Source: a virus (lineage: Duplodnaviria; Caudoviricetes). Taken from it: a stretch of DNA of 64,000 nucleotides. The position numbers were made by a program, and so were the translations under genes. Shown here one piece after another: positions 1 through 8,090 of the stretch. Each line of letters begins with the position of its first letter. Position 1 is the first letter of the stretch. The stretch lies in IMG/VR virus record IMGVR_UViG_3300009979_000004, positions 24,837-88,836 of that record; one strand, 5' to 3'. The notes under the pieces were generated by a model, which saw nothing but the letters and a program-made list of their open reading frames with translations, ran no database searches and was not told where the DNA came from.

Positions 1-2
1 TT

Positions 3-128
3 ACAAATTTTCAGAAAGGGGTTTTATTCCTCTCTGTTTCTACCAGGCTGAACAGGTCTATAAGACAGTATCTTGAATTCCTTGAGGAAGAAGCCGTGAG
101 GAATTTGTTCAAATCTGATCACAACTAA
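3..128 (+). CDS. 3' end of a gene truncated by the window edge
   Basis: Frame 3 is open from the window start to TAA at 126-128 and precedes an A-rich spacer and the next + strand gene. Confidence 0.4.
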   Translation, partial: TNFQKGVLFLSVSTRLNRSIRQYLEFLEEEAVRNLFKSDHN

Positions 129-163
129 GCAAACTATTTATTCACACTATAAAATCTCAGACA

Positions 164-421
164 ATGAAACACATTACAATCACACTTTTGCTAGTGGTAT
201 CATCCATACTAGCTTTTTCTCAAACTTCAGTAAAAGTTGGAGAAAACAATCTATTGGTTAAAATCGAAAAGCCCAAGGTAGAGATTCCTACTCCTTACAA
301 ATTTGAAGTTAAGGGAACGGAATATCCTGTATTCAAAACAGACAAGGGCAAGTATTTCATTACTCTTTTCTCTGAAAAGACCCAGAAGAAATACAGAAGG
401 TATTTAAAGCTGGTAGATTAA
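164..421 (+). CDS. small secreted protein with Sec signal peptide
   Basis: N-terminus MKHITITLLLVVSSILAFS-Q: basic residue, hydrophobic core, A-x-S cleavage site followed by Gln, typical of Bacteroidota. Confidence 0.75.
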   Translation: MKHITITLLLVVSSILAFSQTSVKVGENNLLVKIEKPKVEIPTPYKFEVKGTEYPVFKTDKGKYFITLFSEKTQKKYRRYLKLVD

Positions 422-546
422 TCCAGCTGCTAAGATAAAGGAGCGGCCTGTGGGGTTTTATAATACAATTGCTGTTTATAGATACACAGTGTCCGCTCCT
501 CTTTTTTCTCGTCTCTATTTTTTATCACCTACAAAACTTAAAGACA

Positions 547-1110
547 ATGAAACTCATTATCATAATACTAGGCGCACTGCTTGGTACATCACTTTATTTC
601 AACCTGTCTTCTCCGGTAGCTGTTACATACTATGATGGAGAAGGAAACGTTATTCCTGACAGGGCTGTTGAACTGCTTGTAGAAGCCCAATTCGTAGCCA
701 TGACTAAAGAAGAGCTTGATGAGATCAGAAAATATTTCTATTTTTATGAGAATATACTGATACCGGATGGAATTACTTCTGATAGTACCCATCCAGATAT
801 ACTAACTGCATATAAGGATTCAACGGGGTCAGTGGATCTCAGATTGCTAAAACCGGGAACAAAGGAGTTCACTCTTACAATGACAGGTACTCCTGCATTC
901 AACGGTACACACCCTGAGATTGATCTCATATCTAATGATACAATCTATGTAAATTGGTATAGTGATAAGCCGATGAAGAAAGTAACCGAGACCAGAGTAC
1001 CACCATTAGAGCACAGATGTACAGAGGATGATATCGAAGGAAATCAGTGCAGGAACTGGTCAAGAACAGACTCAGAATACTGCTGGGAGCATGGATACGG
1101 CAGCAACTAG
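547..1110 (+). CDS. membrane-anchored protein with C-terminal CCCH-type zinc finger
   Basis: ATG at 547 (MKLIIIILGALLG) is a better start than 469; C-terminus RC-x9-C-x9-YCWEH. Confidence 0.7.
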   Translation: MKLIIIILGALLGTSLYFNLSSPVAVTYYDGEGNVIPDRAVELLVEAQFVAMTKEELDEIRKYFYFYENILIPDGITSDSTHPDILTAYKDSTGSVDLRLLKPGTKEFTLTMTGTPAFNGTHPEIDLISNDTIYVNWYSDKPMKKVTETRVPPLEHRCTEDDIEGNQCRNWSRTDSEYCWEHGYGSN

Positions 1111-1128
1111 TTTATAAAACCTAAACCC

Positions 1129-1260
1129 ATGAAATATTTAATCTGGATGCCAGTGCTGGGAATCATTCCTTACTCTTTGGGATACTGTCCTTTAAAGAGA
1201 GAGTCAGTGCTCCTGGCCTGGCACTTAATAACGACTATGGCCTTGTGTGTACTCACATGA
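1129..1260 (+). CDS. 43-aa hydrophobic protein
   Basis: Translated by eye: MKYLIWMPVLGIIPYSLGYC...ALCVLT; A-rich leader. Confidence 0.55.
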   Translation: MKYLIWMPVLGIIPYSLGYCPLKRESVLLAWHLITTMALCVLT

Positions 1261-1349
1261 TCTAAGTCATAAAACAATTTGAAAAATATAATTAGCTTTA
1301 TATTGGGGTAGGGCAAATATCCCTCTAAAGAATAAACTACAATAAGAAC

Positions 1350-2078
1350 ATGAAATACTTTATAGACACAGAATTCTTAGAGGGATTCTACAAACCTGTA
1401 TTCGGAAAGCGCCGGCATTTTATAGACCTTATATCTATTGGTGTCGTGTCAGAAGATGGTAGAGAATACTATGCTATCAGCAATGAGTTCAATCCAAAAG
1501 ATGCAAATATTTGGGTAAGAGAAAACGTAATTGATAAGATAGAAGTAGCGCTATTTCAACAACAACCGCCTTTTGCTAAATCTCATTTTAATTTTAGTTT
1601 GAAGGAATTACTGAAACAATATGGTAAATCCAATAAGCAAATAGCAAGAGAAATACAGGATTTTATATACAAGCCTTATAAAGTAAAATGGGTAAAAGAA
1701 ACTGTTTCTGAAATATGTGGATTTAAAGATTTCCTAAAAAGGAAAGAACCTATTGAGTTTTATGGTTATTATTCAGACTATGACTGGGTGTTATTCTGTT
1801 CTTTATTCGGGAGAATGACTGATCTTCCAAAAGGATTTCCTATGTATTGTAGGGATTTGAAACAGATGTTAGATGAGAAAGAAACTTCTCTAAGAAATAA
1901 GGATGGTCTTATACAACTTAGTACTCCCTATGAAGTAAATGGAGAAGAAGTGGGCCTGACTGCTATGTTTAATAATCTTATGGAGCTAGCGGATTATCCA
2001 GAGCAGGTTAATGAACACAATGCCTTGGAAGATGCAAAGTGGAACAGGAGATTTTATGAATTTTTACAAACTTTATAA
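1350..2078 (+). CDS. DEDDh 3'-5' exoribonuclease (Rv2179c/RNase AS-like)
   Basis: FIDTEF, LISIGVVSEDGREYYA, YYSDYDWV and HNALEDAKW motifs. Confidence 0.85.
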   Translation: MKYFIDTEFLEGFYKPVFGKRRHFIDLISIGVVSEDGREYYAISNEFNPKDANIWVRENVIDKIEVALFQQQPPFAKSHFNFSLKELLKQYGKSNKQIAREIQDFIYKPYKVKWVKETVSEICGFKDFLKRKEPIEFYGYYSDYDWVLFCSLFGRMTDLPKGFPMYCRDLKQMLDEKETSLRNKDGLIQLSTPYEVNGEEVGLTAMFNNLMELADYPEQVNEHNALEDAKWNRRFYEFLQTL

Positions 2079-2080
2079 CT

Positions 2081-2305
2081 ATGATGATACAATTGAACCC
2101 AACTATAGCAGTATGCTGTAGAGATCACGGAGATGGTGAAGCCATCCTGGTAATAGATTATGGACTAAACGTGAATACAGTATGGGTAGTTCGACTCTTT
2201 GGTGGAGCTATCAAGCACTTCTATTCTGATGATATCAGGATCTATGGTAATCCAATGGATGGCAATGGCTGGGATATAGATGATTTTAAAACTGAAACTA
2301 AATGA
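2081..2305 (+). CDS. hypothetical phage protein
   Basis: ORF tightly packed in the + strand operon. Confidence 0.7.
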   Translation: MMIQLNPTIAVCCRDHGDGEAILVIDYGLNVNTVWVVRLFGGAIKHFYSDDIRIYGNPMDGNGWDIDDFKTETK

Positions 2306-2499
2306 GACAACTATTTGAAATTGCTATGTCTATTGTCTTAACTACTGTAATAATCTTCACTCCTATATACTTGTTGGGAGCATTCTACAATGTTTCTTTC
2401 AACATAGCAAAGTGGTCTATAGAATCTAGGGGTTTGGTTGCTATCATAGGATTGGCTAGCGTTATAGGATCAATGATAGCTGTAATAAAAGACGAATAA
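2302..2499 (+). CDS. small two-TM membrane protein
   Basis: Two hydrophobic segments; ATGA overlap with the upstream gene. Confidence 0.7.
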   Translation: MRQLFEIAMSIVLTTVIIFTPIYLLGAFYNVSFNIAKWSIESRGLVAIIGLASVIGSMIAVIKDE

Positions 2500-2506
2500 T
2501 TTAATC

Positions 2507-2866
2507 ATGAAACAAAAGACTTACATACTACAAAAAGATTTGCCTTATACAAAAGCTGGAACTGAATATTTTAAAAATACTGATTTTGATAACAGAGTAG
2601 ATAGAAATAGCTATTTCCCAAATAAAGTAGGATCAAGATGTGAAAGATTTGCTATACATGCTGATTATGTTGAAAACAATCCTGAATGGTTTAAACTAAA
2701 GGAAGAAAAAAAGCAAGAAATAAATCTTGTTTTGTCTACTTATAAAAATTCAATGACAGGAGTTACCATATATAACTACCAAATTAACTTACATGAACGT
2801 CTTTCAGATAATGTTGTAAATAAAATTCAAGAAGCCATACAAAAAATAGTTAATGACGAAAACTAA
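2507..2866 (+). CDS. hypothetical phage protein
   Basis: ORF in operon; begins with a YILQKDLP...AGT motif. Confidence 0.7.
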   Translation: MKQKTYILQKDLPYTKAGTEYFKNTDFDNRVDRNSYFPNKVGSRCERFAIHADYVENNPEWFKLKEEKKQEINLVLSTYKNSMTGVTIYNYQINLHERLSDNVVNKIQEAIQKIVNDEN

Positions 2867-2983
2867 AGAAGAAATATTACAAAAATCAGTAAGTGGACTG
2901 AAGTGTCGAGGGGTCTGGCTGCTGTATTAGGACTAGTTGGTGTTATAGCAGGAGCAGCAATAGTCGTAGCAAAAGAAGAATAA
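2853..2983 (+). pseudogene. frameshifted small membrane-protein gene, or a sequencing error
   Basis: MTKTKEEILQK continues in the -1 frame after CAAAAA as ISKWTEVSRGLAAVLGLVGVIAGAAIVVAKEE*. Confidence 0.4.
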
Positions 2984-2994
2984 AACCTAAACAA

Positions 2995-3168
2995 ATGATA
3001 CGCACATTTAAAACTGTTCTGGACAGTTTACAACATTCTTACACAGAAGTAAGGATATCCAGAAGAAAAACTGGTAAGCATATTGTTACACTGCAAATGA
3101 GAGACAAGTACGTTCTTATTGGTTCTGCAATAGTGTACTTAGTATTCTCGTTGTCTAAATTATTATGA
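2995..3168 (+). CDS. 57-aa protein with C-terminal TM segment
   Basis: Translated by eye: MIRTFKTVLDS...VLIGSAIVYLVFSLSKLL; overlaps the next start. Confidence 0.55.
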   Translation: MIRTFKTVLDSLQHSYTEVRISRRKTGKHIVTLQMRDKYVLIGSAIVYLVFSLSKLL

Positions 3169-3383
3169 TGAGTATACAGGAAGTCGTAGAAATCATAGTC
3201 GAGCATCCACCAATACTGTTTCCACTATTCATATTGTTGATACAGTGGGGCAGCCGTTCGTTGTACCGTAAGAAAGGACCAGACATTTCTGTCTTTATCA
3301 TGATTCTTATAGGTGTACTTGTTCAGATGTTTCTGGCGGTAGGACTGTTGATATGGGTACTGGCATATAGTGAAATCTGTTAA
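3165..3383 (+). CDS. small two-TM membrane protein
   Basis: Two hydrophobic stretches. Confidence 0.65.
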   Translation: MMSIQEVVEIIVEHPPILFPLFILLIQWGSRSLYRKKGPDISVFIMILIGVLVQMFLAVGLLIWVLAYSEIC

Positions 3384-3399
3384 CTAAATAAATCATGAC

Positions 3400-3894
3400 A
3401 TGAATACAACTCTTACTAAAGAGCAGGAGACTGCTTTTAGCAAAGTTCAGGATACGGAACTTGATGATCTGCTCCAGGAGATAAGGGACAAGTTTGATAA
3501 CAGGTGGTTCATACAGTCTGAAACTGTTACCAGGACTAACTGGATTGGAAAAAAGGAAAGTAGTACACTTTACACACTGTACAATAAAATCTCTGAGACT
3601 GAGGCTATCAAGGTAAAGTTCAAGAGGAAATCTACTGTCTATACACTCGTTCCCAAACATTATATAATGATATATCTTTACGGAATGTTGGAGGGCAATA
3701 AGAAGCGGGAAATGGAAAGAGACCATAGCTCCTATCTCATGGGAGTCTGCGAAATGAAAGCGAAGATGGAAAGGGAAAAGGAAGATCTGTTGGATTGGGT
3801 GTTTGAAGAACCTCAGTGGACTCAATGGTCTCAGGGTAAATTAGATTCCAAAGCTCTCATTGAACAGTTTGACAAAGTAAAATACGAATTATAA
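3400..3894 (+). CDS. hypothetical phage protein
   Basis: 164-aa ORF in operon. Confidence 0.7.
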   Translation: MNTTLTKEQETAFSKVQDTELDDLLQEIRDKFDNRWFIQSETVTRTNWIGKKESSTLYTLYNKISETEAIKVKFKRKSTVYTLVPKHYIMIYLYGMLEGNKKREMERDHSSYLMGVCEMKAKMEREKEDLLDWVFEEPQWTQWSQGKLDSKALIEQFDKVKYEL

Positions 3895-4076
3895 TGACTA
3901 TGCAATCCGAAAGATTAGGTCAACTAATAGATGAGCTGGATAATCTGGCACATGGGTTACAGATACCGTTAGCTCCTAAGATTCATGTAAAGAATCTAAG
4001 TGTTATATTGCCTGAGCTGGTAAATAAATTCAAGGGATCATTTGTGGAAATCACAGGAGAGAATCCCTGGAAATAA
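3894..4076 (+). CDS. hypothetical phage protein
   Basis: 60-aa ORF coupled to the upstream stop. Confidence 0.7.
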   Translation: MTMQSERLGQLIDELDNLAHGLQIPLAPKIHVKNLSVILPELVNKFKGSFVEITGENPWK

Positions 4077-4425
4077 GGTACTTGGACAGAACCTGTAAGA
4101 TGGTATGCCGGGAAGAGGCAGAATGCAGGAGCTCGCCTTTGGCCAAAGGAAAACCCTGGATGTCCAGGTTAATGCACCATAACTCACGTAGATATGAAGA
4201 CTTCTTACAGGAGGGCAGGCATATTGAGCCTGCGAGGCTCCTGGATCTATCTCAGGAAAGGATGTAGGATGTGAAACTACCTGACTAGCTTAACATGCCT
4301 GCTGGGCTTAGTCAGCTCCCAAGGGTGAGCAGTTGCAGTAGACCAGAAAGTGAACCACCATACTGGGATAAATAGTAAACTATTGCAGCTGAGTGCAGAG
4401 GGAACTAAAATTAGTGAGCCTAAAT
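4077..4425 (+). ncRNA. candidate ~350-nt structured RNA with a pseudoknot, family unknown
   Basis: Many complementary pairs, e.g. 4092-4100/4203-4211, 4215-4222/4295-4302, 4281-4286/4310-4315 and 4330-4341/4380-4391; more G/C-rich than the flanks; no convincing ORF. Strand assumed from the surrounding genes. Confidence 0.65.
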
Positions 4426-4438
4426 AAATCTTAACACT

Positions 4439-4651
4439 ATGCGATATAAAAGACCAACTCATAAAAGACTATCAGACCTCAGTGTTGTTATCAGAAAGAA
4501 TACCAGGAAAGTAAAATGCCTGGAGACAGGAAAAGAGTATGGTTCTATTAAAGAAGCATCTTACTACACAGGAGTCTCTTCAACTTTGATTTCCAGATCC
4601 TGCATACGGGGAGAAACTATAAAAGGATTTACATTTGAATATCTCAACTAA
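4439..4651 (+). CDS. stand-alone NUMOD1/IENR1-type DNA-binding domain protein
   Basis: RKVKCLETGKEYGSIKEAS..TGVS...ISRSC...KGFTFEY matches the NUMOD1 HTH of homing endonucleases; no nuclease domain. Confidence 0.75.
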   Translation: MRYKRPTHKRLSDLSVVIRKNTRKVKCLETGKEYGSIKEASYYTGVSSTLISRSCIRGETIKGFTFEYLN

Positions 4652-4663
4652 AAACTCATTTCA

Positions 4664-4927
4664 ATGAAAATAACATCAGAAGAATTTCTGGAAAAGTATG
4701 GAAATGTAAAAGTAGCTTTTCAGAGCTATTATAAATACATATTCACTTTCACCGGTACAACACAAGAGGGATACGATATTTCTGTATCTGCAGGAGGATC
4801 AGAAGAATCCATCTATATATTTGCTGTAGAGTCTGATTCCCATTATCAAATAAGGGATCTTAGTCCTTACTGTGGAGAAGTGAAAGACAGAGAGGGTCGT
4901 ACTATAGAGGATTTCTTTGACCTCTAA
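4664..4927 (+). CDS. hypothetical phage protein
   Basis: 87-aa ORF in operon. Confidence 0.7.
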   Translation: MKITSEEFLEKYGNVKVAFQSYYKYIFTFTGTTQEGYDISVSAGGSEESIYIFAVESDSHYQIRDLSPYCGEVKDREGRTIEDFFDL

Positions 4928-4939
4928 AACTCAATTATA

Positions 4940-5338
4940 ATGAAGTTCCTTACAGCAGAAGAACTTGCTAAAGCTCCTGATATAATACAGTTTATATACA
5001 TCAACTCTGCGGCAGAGCATCCTGTAGGATACTCGGTGTATGAAGAAGCAATAAATGCCTACCCAGAATATTTTCCTGAAGAGGTAGAGTATAGGAAAAA
5101 ATGGGAGTCAGTCCCACGGGAAGTAAAGGATGCTTTTGAGGAAGAGTTTGATCAAAGGGATCAGGAGCTTAGAAAAAAGTATCTGAAAACTGAAAACAAA
5201 GGGCTACTATACTGGATATCAAATTCTGAACATCATAAGTTGTACCGTGAAGAATATGCCCTCTATTATCCTGAGCGTGTAAAGCTGGAAGAGCAATTGT
5301 ATAGGAAATATTATACCAGGTTTGGTATTAAAAGATAG
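4940..5338 (+). CDS. hypothetical phage protein
   Basis: 132-aa charged ORF. Confidence 0.7.
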   Translation: MKFLTAEELAKAPDIIQFIYINSAAEHPVGYSVYEEAINAYPEYFPEEVEYRKKWESVPREVKDAFEEEFDQRDQELRKKYLKTENKGLLYWISNSEHHKLYREEYALYYPERVKLEEQLYRKYYTRFGIKR

Positions 5339-5399
5339 TGTACATCTTTAGTTCAAATGTATACTAATAACAGAGTTAGTAACAATATAAAACTTGTAA

Positions 5400-5747
5400 A
5401 TGCAGACGAGAACTATTACAGAAGTATTGGTCTATAAGCTTGTTCTCAATAATATGAGATCCAATACAGAATCCAGGACCATAGTAGCAGTGTCTACTGA
5501 ACGACAAAATCTAATTGACTGGTACAACGATCAACTGGCACCAGAGCCTTACTACTCAGAAGGTAGTCCAAGCTTTGACTGTCATGGAAATTCTCATACA
5601 TGGTATAAGGTATTTAAAGAGGGAAGTGAGCTGGAGTGGTATAACCCCTGTTATTCAGACTTTGAGCCAGACCATTGTGGACATGGTATTTCCTCTGTGT
5701 GGATCAATGAATCAGAATTGTATAATCATTCGTATAGAATAGTATAA
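5400..5747 (+). CDS. hypothetical phage protein
   Basis: 115-aa ORF. Confidence 0.7.
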   Translation: MQTRTITEVLVYKLVLNNMRSNTESRTIVAVSTERQNLIDWYNDQLAPEPYYSEGSPSFDCHGNSHTWYKVFKEGSELEWYNPCYSDFEPDHCGHGISSVWINESELYNHSYRIV

Positions 5748-5748
5748 T

Positions 5749-6090
5749 ATGCAGAAAGAAAAAATAGTAGAAGGAAACAAATTGATAGCAAAATTCATGT
5801 CGAACTTTGATGACTATCATAAAAGGAATCATGACAAAACAGATAGATGGTTCTTTCACATTTCTTGGAATGTGCTGATGCCGGTAGTTGAAAAAATAGC
5901 TGAGAATTATAATATTAATCTTCATTCATTCGATGGGAACTGGACCTGTTATATACTAAAAAGAAACCTCGAGGATACAGAGATATCAAGCTTTGGAAAC
6001 TTTAATCCACCTATAGTGAATATTTGGTTAGCAGTGGTAAAATTCATACAGTACTATAACCAATTGACTCCTTATGAAAAGGAAAAATGA
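5749..6090 (+). CDS. hypothetical protein, possibly phage ABA-sandwich-like
   Basis: GNKLIAKFM and SWNVLMPVVEKI motifs recall a common Bacteroidota phage family. Confidence 0.6.
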   Translation: MQKEKIVEGNKLIAKFMSNFDDYHKRNHDKTDRWFFHISWNVLMPVVEKIAENYNINLHSFDGNWTCYILKRNLEDTEISSFGNFNPPIVNIWLAVVKFIQYYNQLTPYEKEK

Positions 6091-6177
6091 AGATGGAAAA
6101 TCTATTTGTATTAATAGCGCTCCTTTTAGTAATTCTAATCGGAGCTTTCACTAAAGAGAAATAAATTATGGAATCGA

Positions 6178-6549
6178 ATGATGCAGACACTAACACTTAA
6201 TAACCAGCAACTACTCTTTGTAAGAGTGCCTATGGAAGCAGGAAGCGTTCTATTGGATTCAATGGGCGGCATTAGTGCTCTTATTTATCGCTCTGGCCAT
6301 GTTATGAATAAATATATGGCTAGCAATTCAATTTGGTTGCCCAAAGGAGAATACGAACTCCTAGGCACAATACAAAAGTCAAATGGAGTAGTAAGCACTA
6401 CTATACCTGATGAAGTACTAGCGGAATTGACGGGCAATAGCAGGTTAGGGCAGTTGACTGGAAACTTATCAGTACTATTAATATATATGGACGATAGAGG
6501 ATTGATCCTTCAAGAGGATGATAAATATGTAATACTAAAAACAGAATAA
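6178..6549 (+). CDS. hypothetical phage protein
   Basis: 123-aa ORF. Confidence 0.65.
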   Translation: MMQTLTLNNQQLLFVRVPMEAGSVLLDSMGGISALIYRSGHVMNKYMASNSIWLPKGEYELLGTIQKSNGVVSTTIPDEVLAELTGNSRLGQLTGNLSVLLIYMDDRGLILQEDDKYVILKTE

Positions 6550-6550
6550 A

Positions 6551-6775
6551 ATGATACTAGAACTGAACAATATTAAAGAGGTAGTGATTGAGAAGAAGCT
6601 GGAGTATAAGTACTTTATGCTATTCTTGTACAATCCTAAAGCAGAACATCTGAATGGGAAATATTATCTAGTGGCTCAGGGTCCTGCTATTGAAGAAATT
6701 GAAGGCGTGATGAGAAACTGGGAGCTTGGGGATGGTGACGTGTTCAGGATCTTTTCTATCATGCTTCCTGCTTAA
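6551..6775 (+). CDS. hypothetical phage protein
   Basis: 74-aa ORF coupled to the upstream gene. Confidence 0.65.
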   Translation: MILELNNIKEVVIEKKLEYKYFMLFLYNPKAEHLNGKYYLVAQGPAIEEIEGVMRNWELGDGDVFRIFSIMLPA

Positions 6776-6804
6776 TGTACTGGGTTTTTCCTTCTCTGTG
6801 TGTG

Positions 6805-6956
6805 TATGTGGTGGCGGAAATTAGACGCTAAATATGGAAAGTCCTACGTGTAGTGTGGAAACTACGTAATAGCCTTAGCAGCTATATGATGAGCGTGGCC
6901 CAGCTGAAAAGCTAACGCCTTATGACCATTACAGGTATCGAATCCTGTCCACAAAA
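6805..6956 (+). ncRNA. tRNA-Leu(UAG)-like RNA with large insertions around the anticodon arm
   Basis: Acceptor TATGTGG/CCACAAA (6 of 7 paired); Leu-type D arm TG-GCG-GAAATTAGA-CGC; ATAGC-CTTAGCA-GCTAT stem-loop; T arm ACAGG-TATCGAAT-CCTGT. Confidence 0.7.
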
Positions 6957-6993
6957 GCACACAGAGAATGAAGAAATAAAAATCAATATGCAC

Positions 6994-7093
6994 AGTTGTA
7001 GTGGGGGACGGAAATTCTAAACCGGATTGCAGTAACTCAATTGAGTGGGGCTAAGTCGGAAAAGTTACAAGAACCTGCTCTCCCCCTACAATT
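6994..7093 (+). ncRNA. candidate 100-nt structured RNA
   Basis: Ends pair (TTGTAG/CTACAA, GGGGA/TCCCC); internal CGG/CCG, GCAG/CTGC and TAACT/AGTTA stems. Confidence 0.55.
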
Positions 7094-7135
7094 AGCAAAA
7101 GCAAAGAAAGAACGAAGGATATAAACTATCAAAAT

Positions 7136-7396
7136 ATGGAAAATAAAGTGATACACACGCTAAAGAAAATTCTTGTAGTTTCCATGCTCTCTTATCTGAG
7201 TTGTATACTGGCATTGGTTTACTATTGTGGTATAACGGGAAAGACGGCATTTCTGGAAAGCTATTTTTCACTCCCATTGCACACACCAGGTTTTATAATT
7301 GTAACAGTGATGCTTCTGTTACCTGTTGCCATTCTGGGACTTATCTATAATTTCGCAGACTGGATTTTCGGGAATGATAAAAACTGTAAGACATGA
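7136..7396 (+). CDS. two-TM membrane protein
   Basis: Two long hydrophobic segments. Confidence 0.7.
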   Translation: MENKVIHTLKKILVVSMLSYLSCILALVYYCGITGKTAFLESYFSLPLHTPGFIIVTVMLLLPVAILGLIYNFADWIFGNDKNCKT

Positions 7397-7500
7397 ATAT
7401 AATTAAAAAGATAAGAGAAGATTTAGGATCAAGCCCAAATAACACAAAACTCCTTATTAGCAGCAATGGCAAGTGTTCACGTTGCAACAAAATTTAAAAT

Positions 7501-7827
7501 ATGCTTACAGAAATATTACACCACGCAGATTTATTCAGAACACAAGTAGCTAATCTGAAAAACAAAGCTCCAATGTATCCTAAAGTTTATTTTGAGGATA
7601 AAGGTGGTTGTCAATGGGTAACGACAATGGTAGAGTTTAAATATAATGGTGTACGATACAAAAGGCATCATGTAGAAAGTATTGTACCTAACAAAAATGT
7701 AGGAACAAACGACTTGTATAATAAACTTATTGATGCCGCCGAAATGTGTATTAAGATGGCTGTACCTTGTCAATTTGATGAAATTATAGGACTTGTTAAT
7801 CCCGATGAATTAAAGACTATAGTGTAG
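7501..7827 (+). CDS. hypothetical phage protein
   Basis: 108-aa ORF. Confidence 0.7.
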   Translation: MLTEILHHADLFRTQVANLKNKAPMYPKVYFEDKGGCQWVTTMVEFKYNGVRYKRHHVESIVPNKNVGTNDLYNKLIDAAEMCIKMAVPCQFDEIIGLVNPDELKTIV

Positions 7828-7874
7828 CCGTCAAATAATCTATAACACTTTAGATAAACTATAAAGAGACTACG

Positions 7875-8090
7875 ATGCTTGACAACACAGTAATTGTTAT
7901 TGATCTCAGTACTTATAAAGTAGAGCATCAGGAGCCAGTTCCCTTTAAGGCTATAGTCTTAAATAAGTACGATAATGAATTAGAGGTAAGATCACTGGCT
8001 ACAAATAAAGAGTATGAGATATACTACTCTCAAATATTGGAAGGACTGGATATTGAAGAGATCTTAAAACTGATAAACCTTAAAGGATGA
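7875..8090 (+). CDS. hypothetical phage protein
   Basis: 71-aa ORF. Confidence 0.65.
   Translation: MLDNTVIVIDLSTYKVEHQEPVPFKAIVLNKYDNELEVRSLATNKEYEIYYSQILEGLDIEEILKLINLKG

Noticed and set aside
4082-4267. 61-aa ORF in the track
   Set aside because: TTG start with no typical A-rich leader; lies wholly within the highly paired, G/C-richer segment better explained as RNA
4215-4315. Group I intron, suggested by a GACTA/TAGTC P7-like pair and a P3-like pseudoknot
   Set aside because: No room for P8, no recognisable P4-P6 consensus elements, and the flanking ORFs look complete rather than interrupted
4340-4400. Pistol ribozyme, suggested by TAAATAG after a hairpin
   Set aside because: No downstream sequence complementary to the hairpin loop, so the required pseudoknot is missing
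6836-6844. RNase P RNA motif GGAAAGTCC
   Set aside because: Isolated 9-mer inside the tRNA-like insert; the matching 3' P4 strand and overall length are absent
6805-6956. tmRNA or a normal functional tRNA
   Set aside because: Has a D stem and no GGGG/CCA alanyl acceptor or tag frame, unlike tmRNA; the insert is far too long for a standard cloverleaf
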